Shown in pieces: positions 45,971-56,298 of a DNA stretch of 64,000 bases (position 1 is the stretch's first letter; every line of letters begins with the position of its first letter). Under the pieces are notes generated by a model. The model did not search any database, was not told where the DNA came from, and worked only from the letters and a program-made list of their open reading frames with translations. This stretch comes from an uncultured archaeon (GTDB taxonomy: Archaea; Aenigmatarchaeota; Aenigmatarchaeia; QMZP01; JACQNV01): the NCBI GenBank assembly GCA_964410585.1, contig CAYPFW010000002.1:96001-160000 (forward strand). The letters run 5' to 3'. A program made the translations under genes and the position numbers.

Positions 45971-47167
45971 ATGACTGTTTATTCTCATTCTAGACTGTCG
46001 ACATTTGAACATTGTCAGTACAAGTTTAAACTAAAATATTTGGATAAAGTGGAGACAGAAGTTGAAAAGACAGTAGAGGCTTTTCTAGGAACACTTGTCC
46101 ATGAAACTTTAGAAAAGCTCTATAAGGATTTGAAATTTGAAAAATTAAATAGTTTAGATGAGCTTTTAGATTGGTTTAATTCTGAATGGGCAAAAAGGTG
46201 GAACAGTGAAATTATCATAGTGAGGAAGGAATATTCTCAGGAAAACTACAGAAAAATGGGAGAGCATTTTTTGAAAGAGTATTATGAAAAATATAAACCA
46301 TTTAATCACACAAAAACAATTGATTTGGAAAAACACATTATTATAAATTTAGATAAGCATGGAAACTTCAAGTTACAGGGATACATAGACCGCCTTTCAT
46401 ATGCAGGCAATGGTGTCTATGAAATCCATGACTACAAAACAAACTCAAACCTACCTATAGAAGACTATCTTCAATCTGATAGACAGTTGGCTCTTTATGC
46501 TATTGCAGTTAAACAATATTTCCAAGATGCGAAAGATGTTAAATTAATCTGGCATTTTTTGGCCTTTAATAAAGAGATGCAAGTACAAAAAACAGATGAG
46601 CAATTGGAAAAGCTAAAACACGATACAATTGAGTTGATTAAAAAAATAGAATCTACTGAAGACTTCAAAACAAAGGTGTCTGCACTTTGTGATTGGTGTG
46701 AGTTCAGGCCTATTTGTCCAGAGTGGTCTCACTTGTATCAAATAAAAGATTCGAGTTTGAGCAACTTTTTAGGAGATTCTGGAGTCCGGCTTGCAAATCA
46801 GTATGCTGAATTGTATAATAAGAAAAAACATGCTGAAAATGAGCTTGAAGAAGTGAAGGAGAAGCTAATAGAGTATGCAAAGAACAAAAAAGTGTCTGCT
46901 GTTTTTGGCTCAGATCACAAAGTTAGAATAAACACATATGATAATTTGAAAGTTCCTGGTTGGAATGATAATGAAAGGGATGTTTTGGAGAACCTTTTGA
47001 AGCAGTTTGGTTTGTGGGATAAGGTTTCGACATTGGATAGTTTTGCGCTTTCTGATTTACTGAAAGCAAAGCAAATTCCGGAGGAAGTTTTGAAAGAAAT
47101 TGAAAAATTCATTAAAAGAGACAAAACAACAAAAGTAACAATTACCCAACTGGACAAAAGAGAATAA
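45971..47167 (+). CDS. PD-(D/E)XK nuclease with Fe-S cysteines (AddB/Cas4-like)
   Basis: SHSRL..F..C, G.IDRL, DYKT, QL..Y and CDWC.....C motifs. Confidence 0.9.
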   Translation: MTVYSHSRLSTFEHCQYKFKLKYLDKVETEVEKTVEAFLGTLVHETLEKLYKDLKFEKLNSLDELLDWFNSEWAKRWNSEIIIVRKEYSQENYRKMGEHFLKEYYEKYKPFNHTKTIDLEKHIIINLDKHGNFKLQGYIDRLSYAGNGVYEIHDYKTNSNLPIEDYLQSDRQLALYAIAVKQYFQDAKDVKLIWHFLAFNKEMQVQKTDEQLEKLKHDTIELIKKIESTEDFKTKVSALCDWCEFRPICPEWSHLYQIKDSSLSNFLGDSGVRLANQYAELYNKKKHAENELEEVKEKLIEYAKNKKVSAVFGSDHKVRINTYDNLKVPGWNDNERDVLENLLKQFGLWDKVSTLDSFALSDLLKAKQIPEEVLKEIEKFIKRDKTTKVTITQLDKRE

Positions 47168-47368
47168 TTAGGCAAGAATATCTATCTTAGTTCCCATGTG
47201 TGGTGGGTTAAAGGCTTTTTGTCTTTCATGGAGTTCTGCTGGTGTTAGAACTGCTTGTTGGTATGCACGATTATTATAGTTGTCCAATTCTCTCAAAGCC
47301 CTGTTAAAACTGGATTCTGGAGGACTCACTGAAATTCCAACTCTATAAACCTCACTAAATTTTCCCAT
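47168..47368 (-). CDS. Hypothetical protein
   Basis: 66 aa ORF filling the gap, with an upstream TATA-like box. Confidence 0.5.
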   Translation of the reverse strand: MGKFSEVYRVGISVSPPESSFNRALRELDNYNNRAYQQAVLTPAELHERQKAFNPPHMGTKIDILA

Positions 47369-47414
47369 TTGTTTAATTGAAAGCAGTTTTTATATTCTTT
47401 CACCATATCAAAAT

Positions 47415-47855
47415 ATGAAAGATGAATTCATGCGAATGGCTATTTGGGTAGCAAATGAGGCTTTGGAGAGTGGAGAATATCCAGCGGGTGTTGTCATAGT
47501 CAAAGATGGGAAGGTTGTAGGCACAGGTTTTCCTGAGGTAAGAAGGAAAAATGTAGCAGGCCTGCACGGAGAAGTAATTGCAATCAGAAATGCATGCGAA
47601 AAACTTGGGACAAGAAGGCTTGAAGACTGTCAAATGTACACAACAGTAGAATCATGTATGATGTGTGCTATCAATGCACATCATGCAAAAATAGGAAAAA
47701 TATTTTTCGGCGCAAAGCTAAGAGAACAAAAGAAAAGGACAGCAGATATTTTGAAATTTATGGAAGTTGAAATTCCTAAAATAGAAGGCGGATTTTTAGA
47801 AAAAGAGTGCGATCAGCTTTTGGAAAAGTGGTACAAAGAAGTGAAGAAAGATTAA
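47415..47855 (+). CDS. Nucleoside deaminase (TadA/guanine deaminase-like)
   Basis: HGEV.AI and ESCMMC motifs. Confidence 0.9.
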   Translation: MKDEFMRMAIWVANEALESGEYPAGVVIVKDGKVVGTGFPEVRRKNVAGLHGEVIAIRNACEKLGTRRLEDCQMYTTVESCMMCAINAHHAKIGKIFFGAKLREQKKRTADILKFMEVEIPKIEGGFLEKECDQLLEKWYKEVKKD

Positions 47856-48469
47856 ACCCTCTTATACTTTCCCATCAACTCAGCTTGTTCAATAACATGC
47901 CCCTCAATTGCTTTTAGAACATCTGCCTTTGTTGCGCCTTCTTTTAGTTTTAGCATTGTGTCCAAAGCATACAATCTGAAATAATATCTGTGTTCTCCGT
48001 CTGGTGGGCAAGGGCCTCCGTATGTTAGATTATTTCTAGAATTTATACCCATGACACCTTCTGGATCCCTTCCTTCTTCCACACTTTTTGTTTGTGGTGG
48101 AATGTTGAAAGCAACCCAATGGTCCCAAACTTTTCCTGCTGGTTTAATTGCATCTGGATCGTCCACTATCAAAACTAAGCTTTTCGCATTTTTCGGCACG
48201 TTTTCAAAATTCAATGGAGGGCTCACATTGAAGCCATCGCATGTGTAGTTAGATGGTATCTGTCCACCATTTTCAAATTCAGGGCTTGTCAATTTCATAC
48301 TTTGTCCTGTTGGTTCTTGGCTAGAAGCCTCTTTGTTTTGGTCTTCTATGTTTGTATTTTCTTTAGGTTCCAAATTTCGTTTTTCTGCAGATGCTGAATC
48401 CTGATTTTCCTGAACACAACCACTAACCAACAATATACTAATTAATAGTAGGATTAAAATAGTTTTCAT
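47852..48469 (-). CDS. YbhB/YbcL PEBP-family lipoprotein
   Basis: LVSGC lipobox; DPDA, HW, YGGPCPP and HRY.F motifs. Confidence 0.93.
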   Translation of the reverse strand: MKTILILLLISILLVSGCVQENQDSASAEKRNLEPKENTNIEDQNKEASSQEPTGQSMKLTSPEFENGGQIPSNYTCDGFNVSPPLNFENVPKNAKSLVLIVDDPDAIKPAGKVWDHWVAFNIPPQTKSVEEGRDPEGVMGINSRNNLTYGGPCPPDGEHRYYFRLYALDTMLKLKEGATKADVLKAIEGHVIEQAELMGKYKRV

Positions 48470-48930
48470 TCCTTATTCCATTTTGGTGTGTATTGAAAAT
48501 ACTTCGTTTGAAGCTGCTTATTTAAACTTTTAAAAATACCACTAACAACCTTTCTGCAGCTTTCAGATCCACAGTGGCATCTCATTTTCCAATCATCAAT
48601 AGAATCAATTGTGTAGTCTGCAACTATTTCATCACCTGCTTTGATTTCTTTTATAGCAATAACATTTTCCCTAAATTTGCTTAAGTGTTTAAAGTACACA
48701 TTAGGATCACAAGAATGGTTGATGTATTTTTCAGGCGATTTGTATATAGCATATTTGCCATCTCCAACATAACCCATGTGGTTTTGGTAGTGATAGGAAA
48801 GTTTGGGAACAACGTCTCTAGAAACAATTTTATTGTGCTTTATTTTCAGTAAGGTTTGTCCAGGTTTAAAATCTTTCAAAGAAAAAGCACCTTTACCTCT
48901 TTTCCCAACCCTTTTCACAACAATTGTCAT
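48466..48930 (-). CDS. SET-domain lysine methyltransferase with post-SET cysteines
   Basis: GKGAF, YINHSCDPN, GDEI..DY and CHCGS..CR motifs. Confidence 0.92.
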   Translation of the reverse strand: MTIVVKRVGKRGKGAFSLKDFKPGQTLLKIKHNKIVSRDVVPKLSYHYQNHMGYVGDGKYAIYKSPEKYINHSCDPNVYFKHLSKFRENVIAIKEIKAGDEIVADYTIDSIDDWKMRCHCGSESCRKVVSGIFKSLNKQLQTKYFQYTPKWNKE

Positions 48931-49019
48931 AGAAATATTATATATCTGCTTTTCGGATAAAAAGCTATCTTAATAGAACCATGTTTATCTTGAAACACTT
49001 TCTGTGAGTAAAGATAAGA

Positions 49020-50216
49020 TTATTTCCTAGACATTATTTCCACAACGTCTCGATGTTTTAAAACATGATCCCTCCCAACAGGCATTTTGGACTTGACATC
49101 TATCGCTTTTACAAAATTGTTTCCAAAATCTGTATGGAGTCTAAATGCAAAGTCGATAGCTGTCGCCTTCTCAGGCATCAAAAAACAGTCTGGTAAAACC
49201 CTTCCTTGGGAATCTACCAAATTGTTTACACCCCCAGGGAAAATTGCTTTGTATTTCAGCAATTTGAAAATAGCCGTGTTCAAAATTTCCTCGACACCAG
49301 TTGAACCAAACTTGTCCAAGAATTTTTTTATTTTTTCCAAGCCTTGTCTTTGTGCAGGGTTCAGCTTGCTTTCGTCTTTGATTTTGAAAAATGAATCTCC
49401 TGGTTGGTATTCTATTATTTCTTTTTTAGCCAATGTTCTTAAAGCAACTTCAAAATCACCTGAGCAAGGAATTACAATGTAGTTTGGAAATTTTTCTTTC
49501 AACCTTTGGTAGTTTTTATCTGCTTCATCTATATCGATTTTGTTTGCAGCGATAAGCATTGGTTTTGTGTATATTCTAAGCTCCCTTGCCAAAAGAAGAA
49601 GCTGCTCCTCTGTCCACTTGTTTATTTGTGTCGAATCAAAATTCAATTTTCTTAAAGCTAGAGAAACATGATCTTCGTTCACTCCAAGTCCAGAGAGTTG
49701 TTTTGCTATTTCTTTTATTGGTTCTTTCCCAGTCATTTTAACTGCGCGCGCAAAAGAATCCCAACCTCTTTTGATTATTTCCAAGTACCAATAGTCTAGC
49801 TCCTTTTCCAAAAATTCAACATCATTTAGAGGATCGTGGCTTAGCGGAGATACAGCTTCGCCCTTTGCGTTTGTAGAACCAGAAATGTCTATTATGTGTA
49901 TGAGTGCATTTGCTTGGTTTAGGTCGGAGAGAAATTGCAGGCCGAGGCCCTCACCTTTGTGTGCATTCTCGATCAATCCAGCCACATCTAAAAGATCAAC
50001 TGGAACAAATCTATGTCCATTCACACACCAACCAGAGCGTGGATTGCACTGTCTCCCAAACTCTTTGCAAACACAATCTATTTTGACATAACCTACTGCG
50101 GTGTTTGGCTTGATTGTGGTAAAAGGATAGTTTGCAATGGCAACATCCACCATTGTAGCTGCTTTGAAAAATGTTGACTTCCCTGCAGATGGTTTGCCGA
50201 CTACGCCGATTAACAT
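49020..50216 (-). CDS. ychF: Translation-associated GTPase/ATPase YchF family with TGS domain
   Basis: GKPSAGKST, NYPFTT, DVAGL and NKID motifs. Confidence 0.93.
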   Translation of the reverse strand: MLIGVVGKPSAGKSTFFKAATMVDVAIANYPFTTIKPNTAVGYVKIDCVCKEFGRQCNPRSGWCVNGHRFVPVDLLDVAGLIENAHKGEGLGLQFLSDLNQANALIHIIDISGSTNAKGEAVSPLSHDPLNDVEFLEKELDYWYLEIIKRGWDSFARAVKMTGKEPIKEIAKQLSGLGVNEDHVSLALRKLNFDSTQINKWTEEQLLLLARELRIYTKPMLIAANKIDIDEADKNYQRLKEKFPNYIVIPCSGDFEVALRTLAKKEIIEYQPGDSFFKIKDESKLNPAQRQGLEKIKKFLDKFGSTGVEEILNTAIFKLLKYKAIFPGGVNNLVDSQGRVLPDCFLMPEKATAIDFAFRLHTDFGNNFVKAIDVKSKMPVGRDHVLKHRDVVEIMSRK

Positions 50217-50362
50217 ATTTCACCTATTACAATTTCATCTAAAGATTATGTATTTTGGACCTAATATTATGTATAAATTACATAGGGTATAAAGATTTTG
50301 GTATAGAAGATCTTCAGTATAGTTATTGGTTATACCAATTAGAAAATGAGTTCTAACAATTA

Positions 50363-50647
50363 TTAAATCTTCTCAATCTTTCCTTTTTTCCCAGAAGAAA
50401 TTTGAAGGTTGCCGTTCCATTCTTTGATCCAGCAGTCTGTTAGTTTAAGAACATCGCCTTCTGCAAAATCATCGACATTGTCATTCCACAAAGTAAGGTC
50501 AGCTTCCCCAGATCCGTCTTTTATCTTAAGGTTTCTAAGCTTGCCGACATTCCCGTATTTGTTGAATTCCTTGACTTCGCCAAGTGAAACAACTTCCACC
50601 TTTTCCAAACTTGCTGTTTGGTTTGGTTGTAGATCTTTAATTTTCAT
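50363..50647 (-). CDS. Single OB-fold ssDNA-binding protein (SSB/RPA-like)
   Basis: D.SG...LTLW, GDV.K and W.G.LQ motifs. Confidence 0.88.
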   Translation of the reverse strand: MKIKDLQPNQTASLEKVEVVSLGEVKEFNKYGNVGKLRNLKIKDGSGEADLTLWNDNVDDFAEGDVLKLTDCWIKEWNGNLQISSGKKGKIEKI

Positions 50648-50677
50648 AACAATTATTATACTATGTGTTTAAATACA

Positions 50678-51538
50678 TCACTTCTGGTTCAAAATCTCAT
50701 ATACATTGAGCAAATCGCTTGCTAAAATCATGTTCACTCCTAAAGACTGTCTTATTGATTTTAGTTTTTCTTGTCTTTGTGCAGATGACAAATCTACAGT
50801 ATGCATTTTCTCCAAAAGAGCTTTCAGGGCTGTATCATCTCTTATTTTCTCCAAAAATTTCTTGTACATTTCCAAAAACTCGTCTGTGTCTATTGATTTT
50901 CTTTCAACCCACTTTTTGAAAACAGAAAAATCAATTCCTGTTTCCTGGAATGAGTTCTGAAAATTCACTCTAGTTTCCAGGGTATGTAGAGCCTCTTCTA
51001 AGGTTTTAATCAAATCAATTTTCAGGCTTTCAGGATATTGGAAATCTTCAAAATCTAAAGTTGAAAGTTTTGTTTCAATTCCAAACATTTTAGCTAGAAA
51101 AATGAACATAATCTTTTCTGAGATAAGCTCATCGCCTGTATATGTCTGCCTCAAAAGGGCGTCGCTTCCTTTGTTTATAATATAATCGGGGAATCCAGGA
51201 TCTCCCATGTAGCTGCAAAATCTGCAAATGAAGAGGAGCTTTTCTATTTTTTCAAACTCAAAAATTTCCAAAATCTGCTTGTTGTAGTCCGCAACTTTTT
51301 GGCGAAATATGTATTCGCCTAGTTTGACCTTTGTATACTTGTCCAAAACTTTGTGTTTTTTTACAAACTCTATCAAAAGATTTTCCTCAAAATTCTCTCC
51401 CGGAATTATTGAATATCCTTGTTCAGTATACTTGTTTTTGACTAGTTTTTTGATTGCAAACTGGTTCAAGTCGTCCTTCTTAGAGTTGAATTTGAACTTC
51501 TCCAAACTTATCTCAAATGGTTTTGTGATGTCTATCAT
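50678..51538 (-). CDS. Hypothetical protein, possibly a degenerate PD-(D/E)XK/VRR-NUC domain
   Basis: GFPDYII motif; no clear ExK. Confidence 0.6.
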   Translation of the reverse strand: MIDITKPFEISLEKFKFNSKKDDLNQFAIKKLVKNKYTEQGYSIIPGENFEENLLIEFVKKHKVLDKYTKVKLGEYIFRQKVADYNKQILEIFEFEKIEKLLFICRFCSYMGDPGFPDYIINKGSDALLRQTYTGDELISEKIMFIFLAKMFGIETKLSTLDFEDFQYPESLKIDLIKTLEEALHTLETRVNFQNSFQETGIDFSVFKKWVERKSIDTDEFLEMYKKFLEKIRDDTALKALLEKMHTVDLSSAQRQEKLKSIRQSLGVNMILASDLLNVYEILNQK

Positions 51539-51583
51539 ACTTTAATAGTTCTTTAACAAATAGTATTATAAAGAGTTTTTGTG

Positions 51584-51762
51584 GTGGAAGGCGTAAAAAT
51601 TTTATAGAGACAAGGTTTAAGCGTGGAAGGCGTAATCGAGTGACGAGCAGTGGCGAGGAACGAGATCGGCATCTCGCGAAGCGATGTTGCCGAGATGTCT
51701 CGTGAACAATTAACGGAGAAAGAGGTTAGTGGGAGACACGACCTTTTTACAGAAAAGGCTTA
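51584..51762. repeat. Composite repeat cluster (GTGGAAGGCGT x2, AGATCGG...GGAGACACGA element, CCTTTTTACAGAAAAGG hairpin)
   Basis: Modules match 38720-38730, 39885-40116 and tRNA-Gly intron 42714-42735 (22/22). Confidence 0.75.
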
Positions 51763-51830
51763 TGGGTAGAAAACATCGAAGAAAATTCAGGAAGTTGAGA
51801 TCGCCTGTTGGACACGGAAGAATTGGGTAG

Positions 51831-52583
51831 CTATTCGCCAAGATAAGCAGCTATCACCTTCCTATTGCTTTTAATCTTCTCAGGTTTTCCAACAGCTATT
51901 TCTTTTCCATAGTCCAAAACAACTAGCCTATTGCAAAAACTCATCATAACATTCATGTTGTGTTCAATTATAACAATTGTCAGGCCCTTTTTGTTCAAAT
52001 CTTCGATCAAACCAAGTATTTGTTTTGTCATTGTTGGGTTCACTCCGGCTATTGGTTCATCTAAAAGCAGGATTTGAGGATCAGCTGCGAGAGCCCTAAC
52101 AATTTCAAGAAGTTTCTGTTGTCCATAGCTGAGGTTTTCGGCAAGCTCATTTTCCATATGGTCTAGTTTGACCATTTTCAAAAGCTCTAAGGCTTTTTTT
52201 CTTTTTGCATCTTCCTCTTCTTCTACATGTCTTTTCCTGAGAATCTGGTTCCAAAAACCTTCTCCGTGAACATATTTCTGCGCAATAAGCATATTGTCCA
52301 TAACAGTGAGCTTTGGAAAAAGGCGGATAAGCTGAAATGTCCTTCCCAATCCAAACCTTGCCCTTTGATCTGCCGGCCAGTTTGTTATATTTTCGCCTTT
52401 GTAAAATATTTTTCCAGAATCAGATGACAGGACGCCTGTTATTAGGTTGAACATTGTTGTTTTACCAGAACCATTTGGGCCAATTAGTCCTAGAATTTCA
52501 CCTTCTTGAACAGCAAAACTGCAAGAATCCAAAGCCTTTATCCCGTCGAAATTCTTAGAAACATTTTCAACTTGAAGGAGCAT
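51831..52583 (-). CDS. livG: Branched-chain amino acid-type ABC ATPase
   Basis: [18 protein letters not shown] and DEP.AG motifs. Confidence 0.93.
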   Translation of the reverse strand: MLLQVENVSKNFDGIKALDSCSFAVQEGEILGLIGPNGSGKTTMFNLITGVLSSDSGKIFYKGENITNWPADQRARFGLGRTFQLIRLFPKLTVMDNMLIAQKYVHGEGFWNQILRKRHVEEEEDAKRKKALELLKMVKLDHMENELAENLSYGQQKLLEIVRALAADPQILLLDEPIAGVNPTMTKQILGLIEDLNKKGLTIVIIEHNMNVMMSFCNRLVVLDYGKEIAVGKPEKIKSNRKVIAAYLGE

Positions 52584-52607
52584 AGGTATAATTATTGTCT
52601 CATATAA

Positions 52608-53330
52608 TTAAGCCTTCCTCTCAGCAATTTTCCACATCAATTCAAAGTGTTTTCTATAAGCGTCTGCTAAATCTTTGTTTTCAATAACAACCACAGAAAA
52701 AGGTTCCCAGATGAAAAATCCGACAAAGTTGCTGAAAATTCCTATAGGAGTTGGACTGAAAAACTTCTCGTCCATGTACTTGTACTTAATGTGAGGATTT
52801 TTGTATACAAATCTTGTACCTTTTCTGGTTATCACCCTCTCCTTTATGCCTGCTTTCTCCTCCTTTCTCATATACGATTTGATAAGGTTTGGAAATTTCT
52901 TATCAAAAATTTCTTCGTCTATGCCGAAACTAAGAAATTCCTCTTTCTCTTGGCTCAAAATTTTATTCATGACAGTCTTGAAGCCCTCAAAGCCCTCAAA
53001 AACTTCTACTTTCAGACTCTTCTGCTCTAATTCTGCAAGATTAACCAAATTAGGGAGGGCTTCTTCCAACCTTTCCTTTTTTTCTTTTATCAGACTTTCT
53101 AAATTCGAAGGATGGGAGGCTGAAAAAAACTTGACATTGTTTTTGACAACATAGCTAACCAATCCTTTTTTGATAAGCTTGTCGATGAAGTCGTATATTG
53201 TTGTCCTGTGCATCTTTGTTTCTATTTTTATTTTGTTCACTTGGGATTCGCCAAGCCTCAATAGAGCCAAGTATACTTTTGCTTCTCCTTCTGAAAGACC
53301 GAGGTCTTTTAGAACTTCTTTAGTCTCCAT
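52608..53330 (-). CDS. TrmB-family regulator 1
   Basis: LGLS..EAKVYLALL.LG, VFEG.EG and F...W motifs. Confidence 0.9.
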   Translation of the reverse strand: METKEVLKDLGLSEGEAKVYLALLRLGESQVNKIKIETKMHRTTIYDFIDKLIKKGLVSYVVKNNVKFFSASHPSNLESLIKEKKERLEEALPNLVNLAELEQKSLKVEVFEGFEGFKTVMNKILSQEKEEFLSFGIDEEIFDKKFPNLIKSYMRKEEKAGIKERVITRKGTRFVYKNPHIKYKYMDEKFFSPTPIGIFSNFVGFFIWEPFSVVVIENKDLADAYRKHFELMWKIAERKA

Positions 53331-53362
53331 TATCATGTTTTGTTTCCCGTACTTAAAAGTGT

Positions 53363-53378
53363 TGTCGTTTAAACGACA
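53363..53378. promoter_or_regulatory. Perfect palindrome TGTCGTTTAAACGACA in the TrmB1/SBP1 divergent promoter
   Basis: 16-bp palindrome. Confidence 0.7.
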
Positions 53379-53416
53379 GCGCAGGTTGATATTGATAATC
53401 AACAAATAACCACATT

Positions 53417-54547
53417 ATGGTAACAAAAACGAAAATTGTAACTGTAGCTTTGGTGTTGGCAATAGCTTTTCTGGGTTTTTACTTTTCACAGTCTACAGAA
53501 AAAATTGATCCAAGCCAAAAGGAAGTTAAGGTAGGTGCTCTTTTTCCTCTGAGCGGACTTGTTGGAAACATTGGTATAGAAGCCCAAAGAGGTTTGGAGT
53601 TAGCAGTAGAGGAAATAAACAAAAACAGTAAATACAAAATAAGCCTTGTTTTTGAGGATACAGAATTTCCAAATCCAGAAAAATCTGTCTCTGCAACTCA
53701 TAAGCTCTTGGAGATTGATAATGTTGATATTGTTCTTTCTTCCATAATAGAAGACATAAAGCCTGCAATGAAATTGTACGAAGAAAAAAAGGTTCCAATA
53801 GTGGCTATATGGGATTCTAATAAAGAACTAGAGAACTCAGGAAATTATATATTTTCCACAGGTTTTTCAACAGAGGAAGCAGGAAAAACAATGGCAGACT
53901 TTGCATCCCAAAAACTCAACATAAATAAAATCTATATAATAAGCCACATAGATGCTTGGTCTGAAATAATACAGGAAAGCTTTTCAAATAGGATCAAAGA
54001 AAATAGAGGTGAAATAATCGAAGCAAAATCAGTTGAAGTTGGTGAGCAAGATTTCAGAACACTTATCCTAGATGCAAAACAAAGAAAAGCAGATGCAATA
54101 TACGCACCTCTGGTGCCTGTGAACTCTGAGTTATTCGTAAAGCAAGCAAAAGAGCTTGGTTTCAAAGGCTACATATTGATGGGTGATGGTTTAATACAAG
54201 ATACCATCGATGCATCTGGTGAAGCATCAGAAGGGATATACTTTACAGCAATATATTCCCCAGAGAGCCAAGAGATGGAAAAATTAAAAACCTATTACAA
54301 GGAAAAATATGCAGCAGAACCAACAGATCCAGCTGTCCTTTCTTTGGCATATGACATTGTATTTGTTGTTTCAGAGGCCATAGAAATTGCAGATAGCACA
54401 GATTCCCAAAAAGTAGCAAACGCTTTGTATAAAATCAAGAACTTTAAAGGTGCCTCTGGAGAAATTTCAATAAACGAAAACGGTGGTTCTGAAAGAAAGG
54501 AAAAAGTTTTTGTTGTGAAGGATATGAAGCCTGTTTTAGTTGAATAA
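53417..54547 (+). CDS. LivJ/LivK-like substrate-binding protein 1
   Basis: KVG..FPLSG, DFRT, AYD and G.SG.I motifs; N-terminal TM. Confidence 0.92.
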   Translation: MVTKTKIVTVALVLAIAFLGFYFSQSTEKIDPSQKEVKVGALFPLSGLVGNIGIEAQRGLELAVEEINKNSKYKISLVFEDTEFPNPEKSVSATHKLLEIDNVDIVLSSIIEDIKPAMKLYEEKKVPIVAIWDSNKELENSGNYIFSTGFSTEEAGKTMADFASQKLNINKIYIISHIDAWSEIIQESFSNRIKENRGEIIEAKSVEVGEQDFRTLILDAKQRKADAIYAPLVPVNSELFVKQAKELGFKGYILMGDGLIQDTIDASGEASEGIYFTAIYSPESQEMEKLKTYYKEKYAAEPTDPAVLSLAYDIVFVVSEAIEIADSTDSQKVANALYKIKNFKGASGEISINENGGSERKEKVFVVKDMKPVLVE

Positions 54548-55432
54548 CTATTTCTTTATTTTCTTAATCACATACTCACCAAATAACCCATTTGGCTTTT
54601 TCAGCAAAATTGCTAATAGCAAAACAGCGTATATAATTTGTCTACCTGCACCTACAAGATTTGATGGCAAGCCAATAAACCTCAGGGGCTCTGGAAGGAA
54701 AATTAGAAGGAAAGCGCCTGCCACAGAGCCTTTTATCGATGAGGTTCCGCCTATGATAACCATTGAGAGCAGAAGGATCAGAGTTGTGAATGAAAAACTT
54801 GTTGGATCAATGAATGTGATGTAGTGTGCATACAAAGAGCCTGCAATTCCTGCGAAAAAAGCAGAGATTGTCAAAATCAGAGCCTTGTATTTCACTGTAT
54901 TTTTTCCAAGTGTCTGTGCAGCTGTTTCATCTTCTCTTATTGATTTTAAAACTCTACCAAAAGGAGAATTTACTGTGCGGTGAACAACAAAAATTGTGAG
55001 GACTAGAAAGCCGATAGACAGGAGAAGATATGACTCTAAACTGGAAAATACAAAACCAAACAATTCTGGTTTTGGAATTCCTGGAATTCCCAAAGGCCCT
55101 CTTGTGACTTCTGTCCAATTTTTCAAAACAGCTTCAACAATAAATGCAAAGCCTAAAGTCCCTAAGGCTAAATAATCACCTTTCAATCTCATTGTTGGTT
55201 TGCTGAGAAGGAAACCAAACAAAGCTGCAAATAAACCAGCTGCAAGAATTGCAATCCAAAACGAAAGCCCTAAACTCAAAACAAGAAGAGCAGACACATA
55301 TGCACCAATTGCAAAGAACGCAGCATGACCCAAATTAAACAAGCCTGTGTACCCCATTGAAAGGTTTAAACTCACACTCAAAATTGAAAAAATAGAACCA
55401 AATATCAGAAGGTTTTCAATATAAGGGAACAT
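54548..55432 (-). CDS. livM: ABC permease LivM
   Basis: LGHAAFF, GDYLAL.TL and SPFGR.L.SIREDE motifs. Confidence 0.93.
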   Translation of the reverse strand: MFPYIENLLIFGSIFSILSVSLNLSMGYTGLFNLGHAAFFAIGAYVSALLVLSLGLSFWIAILAAGLFAALFGFLLSKPTMRLKGDYLALGTLGFAFIVEAVLKNWTEVTRGPLGIPGIPKPELFGFVFSSLESYLLLSIGFLVLTIFVVHRTVNSPFGRVLKSIREDETAAQTLGKNTVKYKALILTISAFFAGIAGSLYAHYITFIDPTSFSFTTLILLLSMVIIGGTSSIKGSVAGAFLLIFLPEPLRFIGLPSNLVGAGRQIIYAVLLLAILLKKPNGLFGEYVIKKIKK

Positions 55433-55433
55433 A

Positions 55434-56297
55434 TTATTCTTTCCTCCCAAAAATTCCTTGAGGTCTGAACAATAGGAATACAATCAAAATAACAAATGCT
55501 ATTGCATCTTTGTATCCAGAGGGCAAAAACCAAATTCCGACATTTTCAACAATTCCCAAGAGGAAAGACCCAGCGACAGCGCCTCTTATTGATCCTAAGC
55601 CACCAACAACGCCTCCGGTGAAGCCTTTGATAATTGCGCTGAAGCCCATTGTTGGTTCTAAGTTCTGTTCAATTGCAATCAGAACGCCTGCAGAAGCTGC
55701 CAAGGCAGATGCGAGGCCAAATGTGTATGTTGTTATCCTTTCAACATTTATTCCAATGACTTGGGCAACTGACTTGTTGTCTGCTGTTGCTTGCATTGCT
55801 TTTCCAATTTTTGTTTTTTGAAGGAAGATTTCAACCAAGAGAAGTGTGACCAGAGAGACAACAATTATCACAGCCTGTGTCTGTGTCAAAATCGCCCCTA
55901 GGAAATCAAAGCCCTGTGTGACTGGTCCTAGGCGTATTGTTTTTACATCTGCGCCAAAAAGAGCCAAAACGACATTTTCAACAAAAATAAAAATTCCAAG
56001 AGAAGCTAAAAGCATGATGAGGGAGTTTGATTTCTTTTTTCTAAGAGGCTTGTATACAGCATAGTTCATTGCTACACCAACTAAAGATGCGCCAATCACA
56101 GCGAGGATAAATGCTCCGACAATGTGGAGGCCCAAAGAGAAAAACAAAAACGCAAGGTATGCACCAACAACATACAAAGAACCATGTGCTAAATTGAGAA
56201 ACCTTAGCAAACTATATGTTAGGCTAAAACCAATTGCAACAAGTGCATATATGCCTCCTGCTATTACACCATTCAACAAGAGCTGTTCGACGACCAT
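55434..56297 (-). CDS. livH: ABC permease LivH
   Basis: YAL.A.G, NLAHG and RPQG.FG motifs. Confidence 0.93.
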   Translation of the reverse strand: MVVEQLLLNGVIAGGIYALVAIGFSLTYSLLRFLNLAHGSLYVVGAYLAFLFFSLGLHIVGAFILAVIGASLVGVAMNYAVYKPLRKKKSNSLIMLLASLGIFIFVENVVLALFGADVKTIRLGPVTQGFDFLGAILTQTQAVIIVVSLVTLLLVEIFLQKTKIGKAMQATADNKSVAQVIGINVERITTYTFGLASALAASAGVLIAIEQNLEPTMGFSAIIKGFTGGVVGGLGSIRGAVAGSFLLGIVENVGIWFLPSGYKDAIAFVILIVFLLFRPQGIFGRKE

Positions 56298-56298
56298 G

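Noticed and set aside
45971-47167. CRISPR-Cas locus
   Set aside because: No repeat-spacer array or other cas genes occur in the window.
51584-51830. RNase P RNA (ACAGAAAAGGCTTA resembles its 3' end)
   Set aside because: There is no GAGGAAAGTCC-type 5' P4 strand, and the same 22-mer is present in a tRNA intron.
53331-53405. N-terminal extension of TrmB1
   Set aside because: It spans the divergent promoter; paralogues begin at the METKEV-equivalent position.
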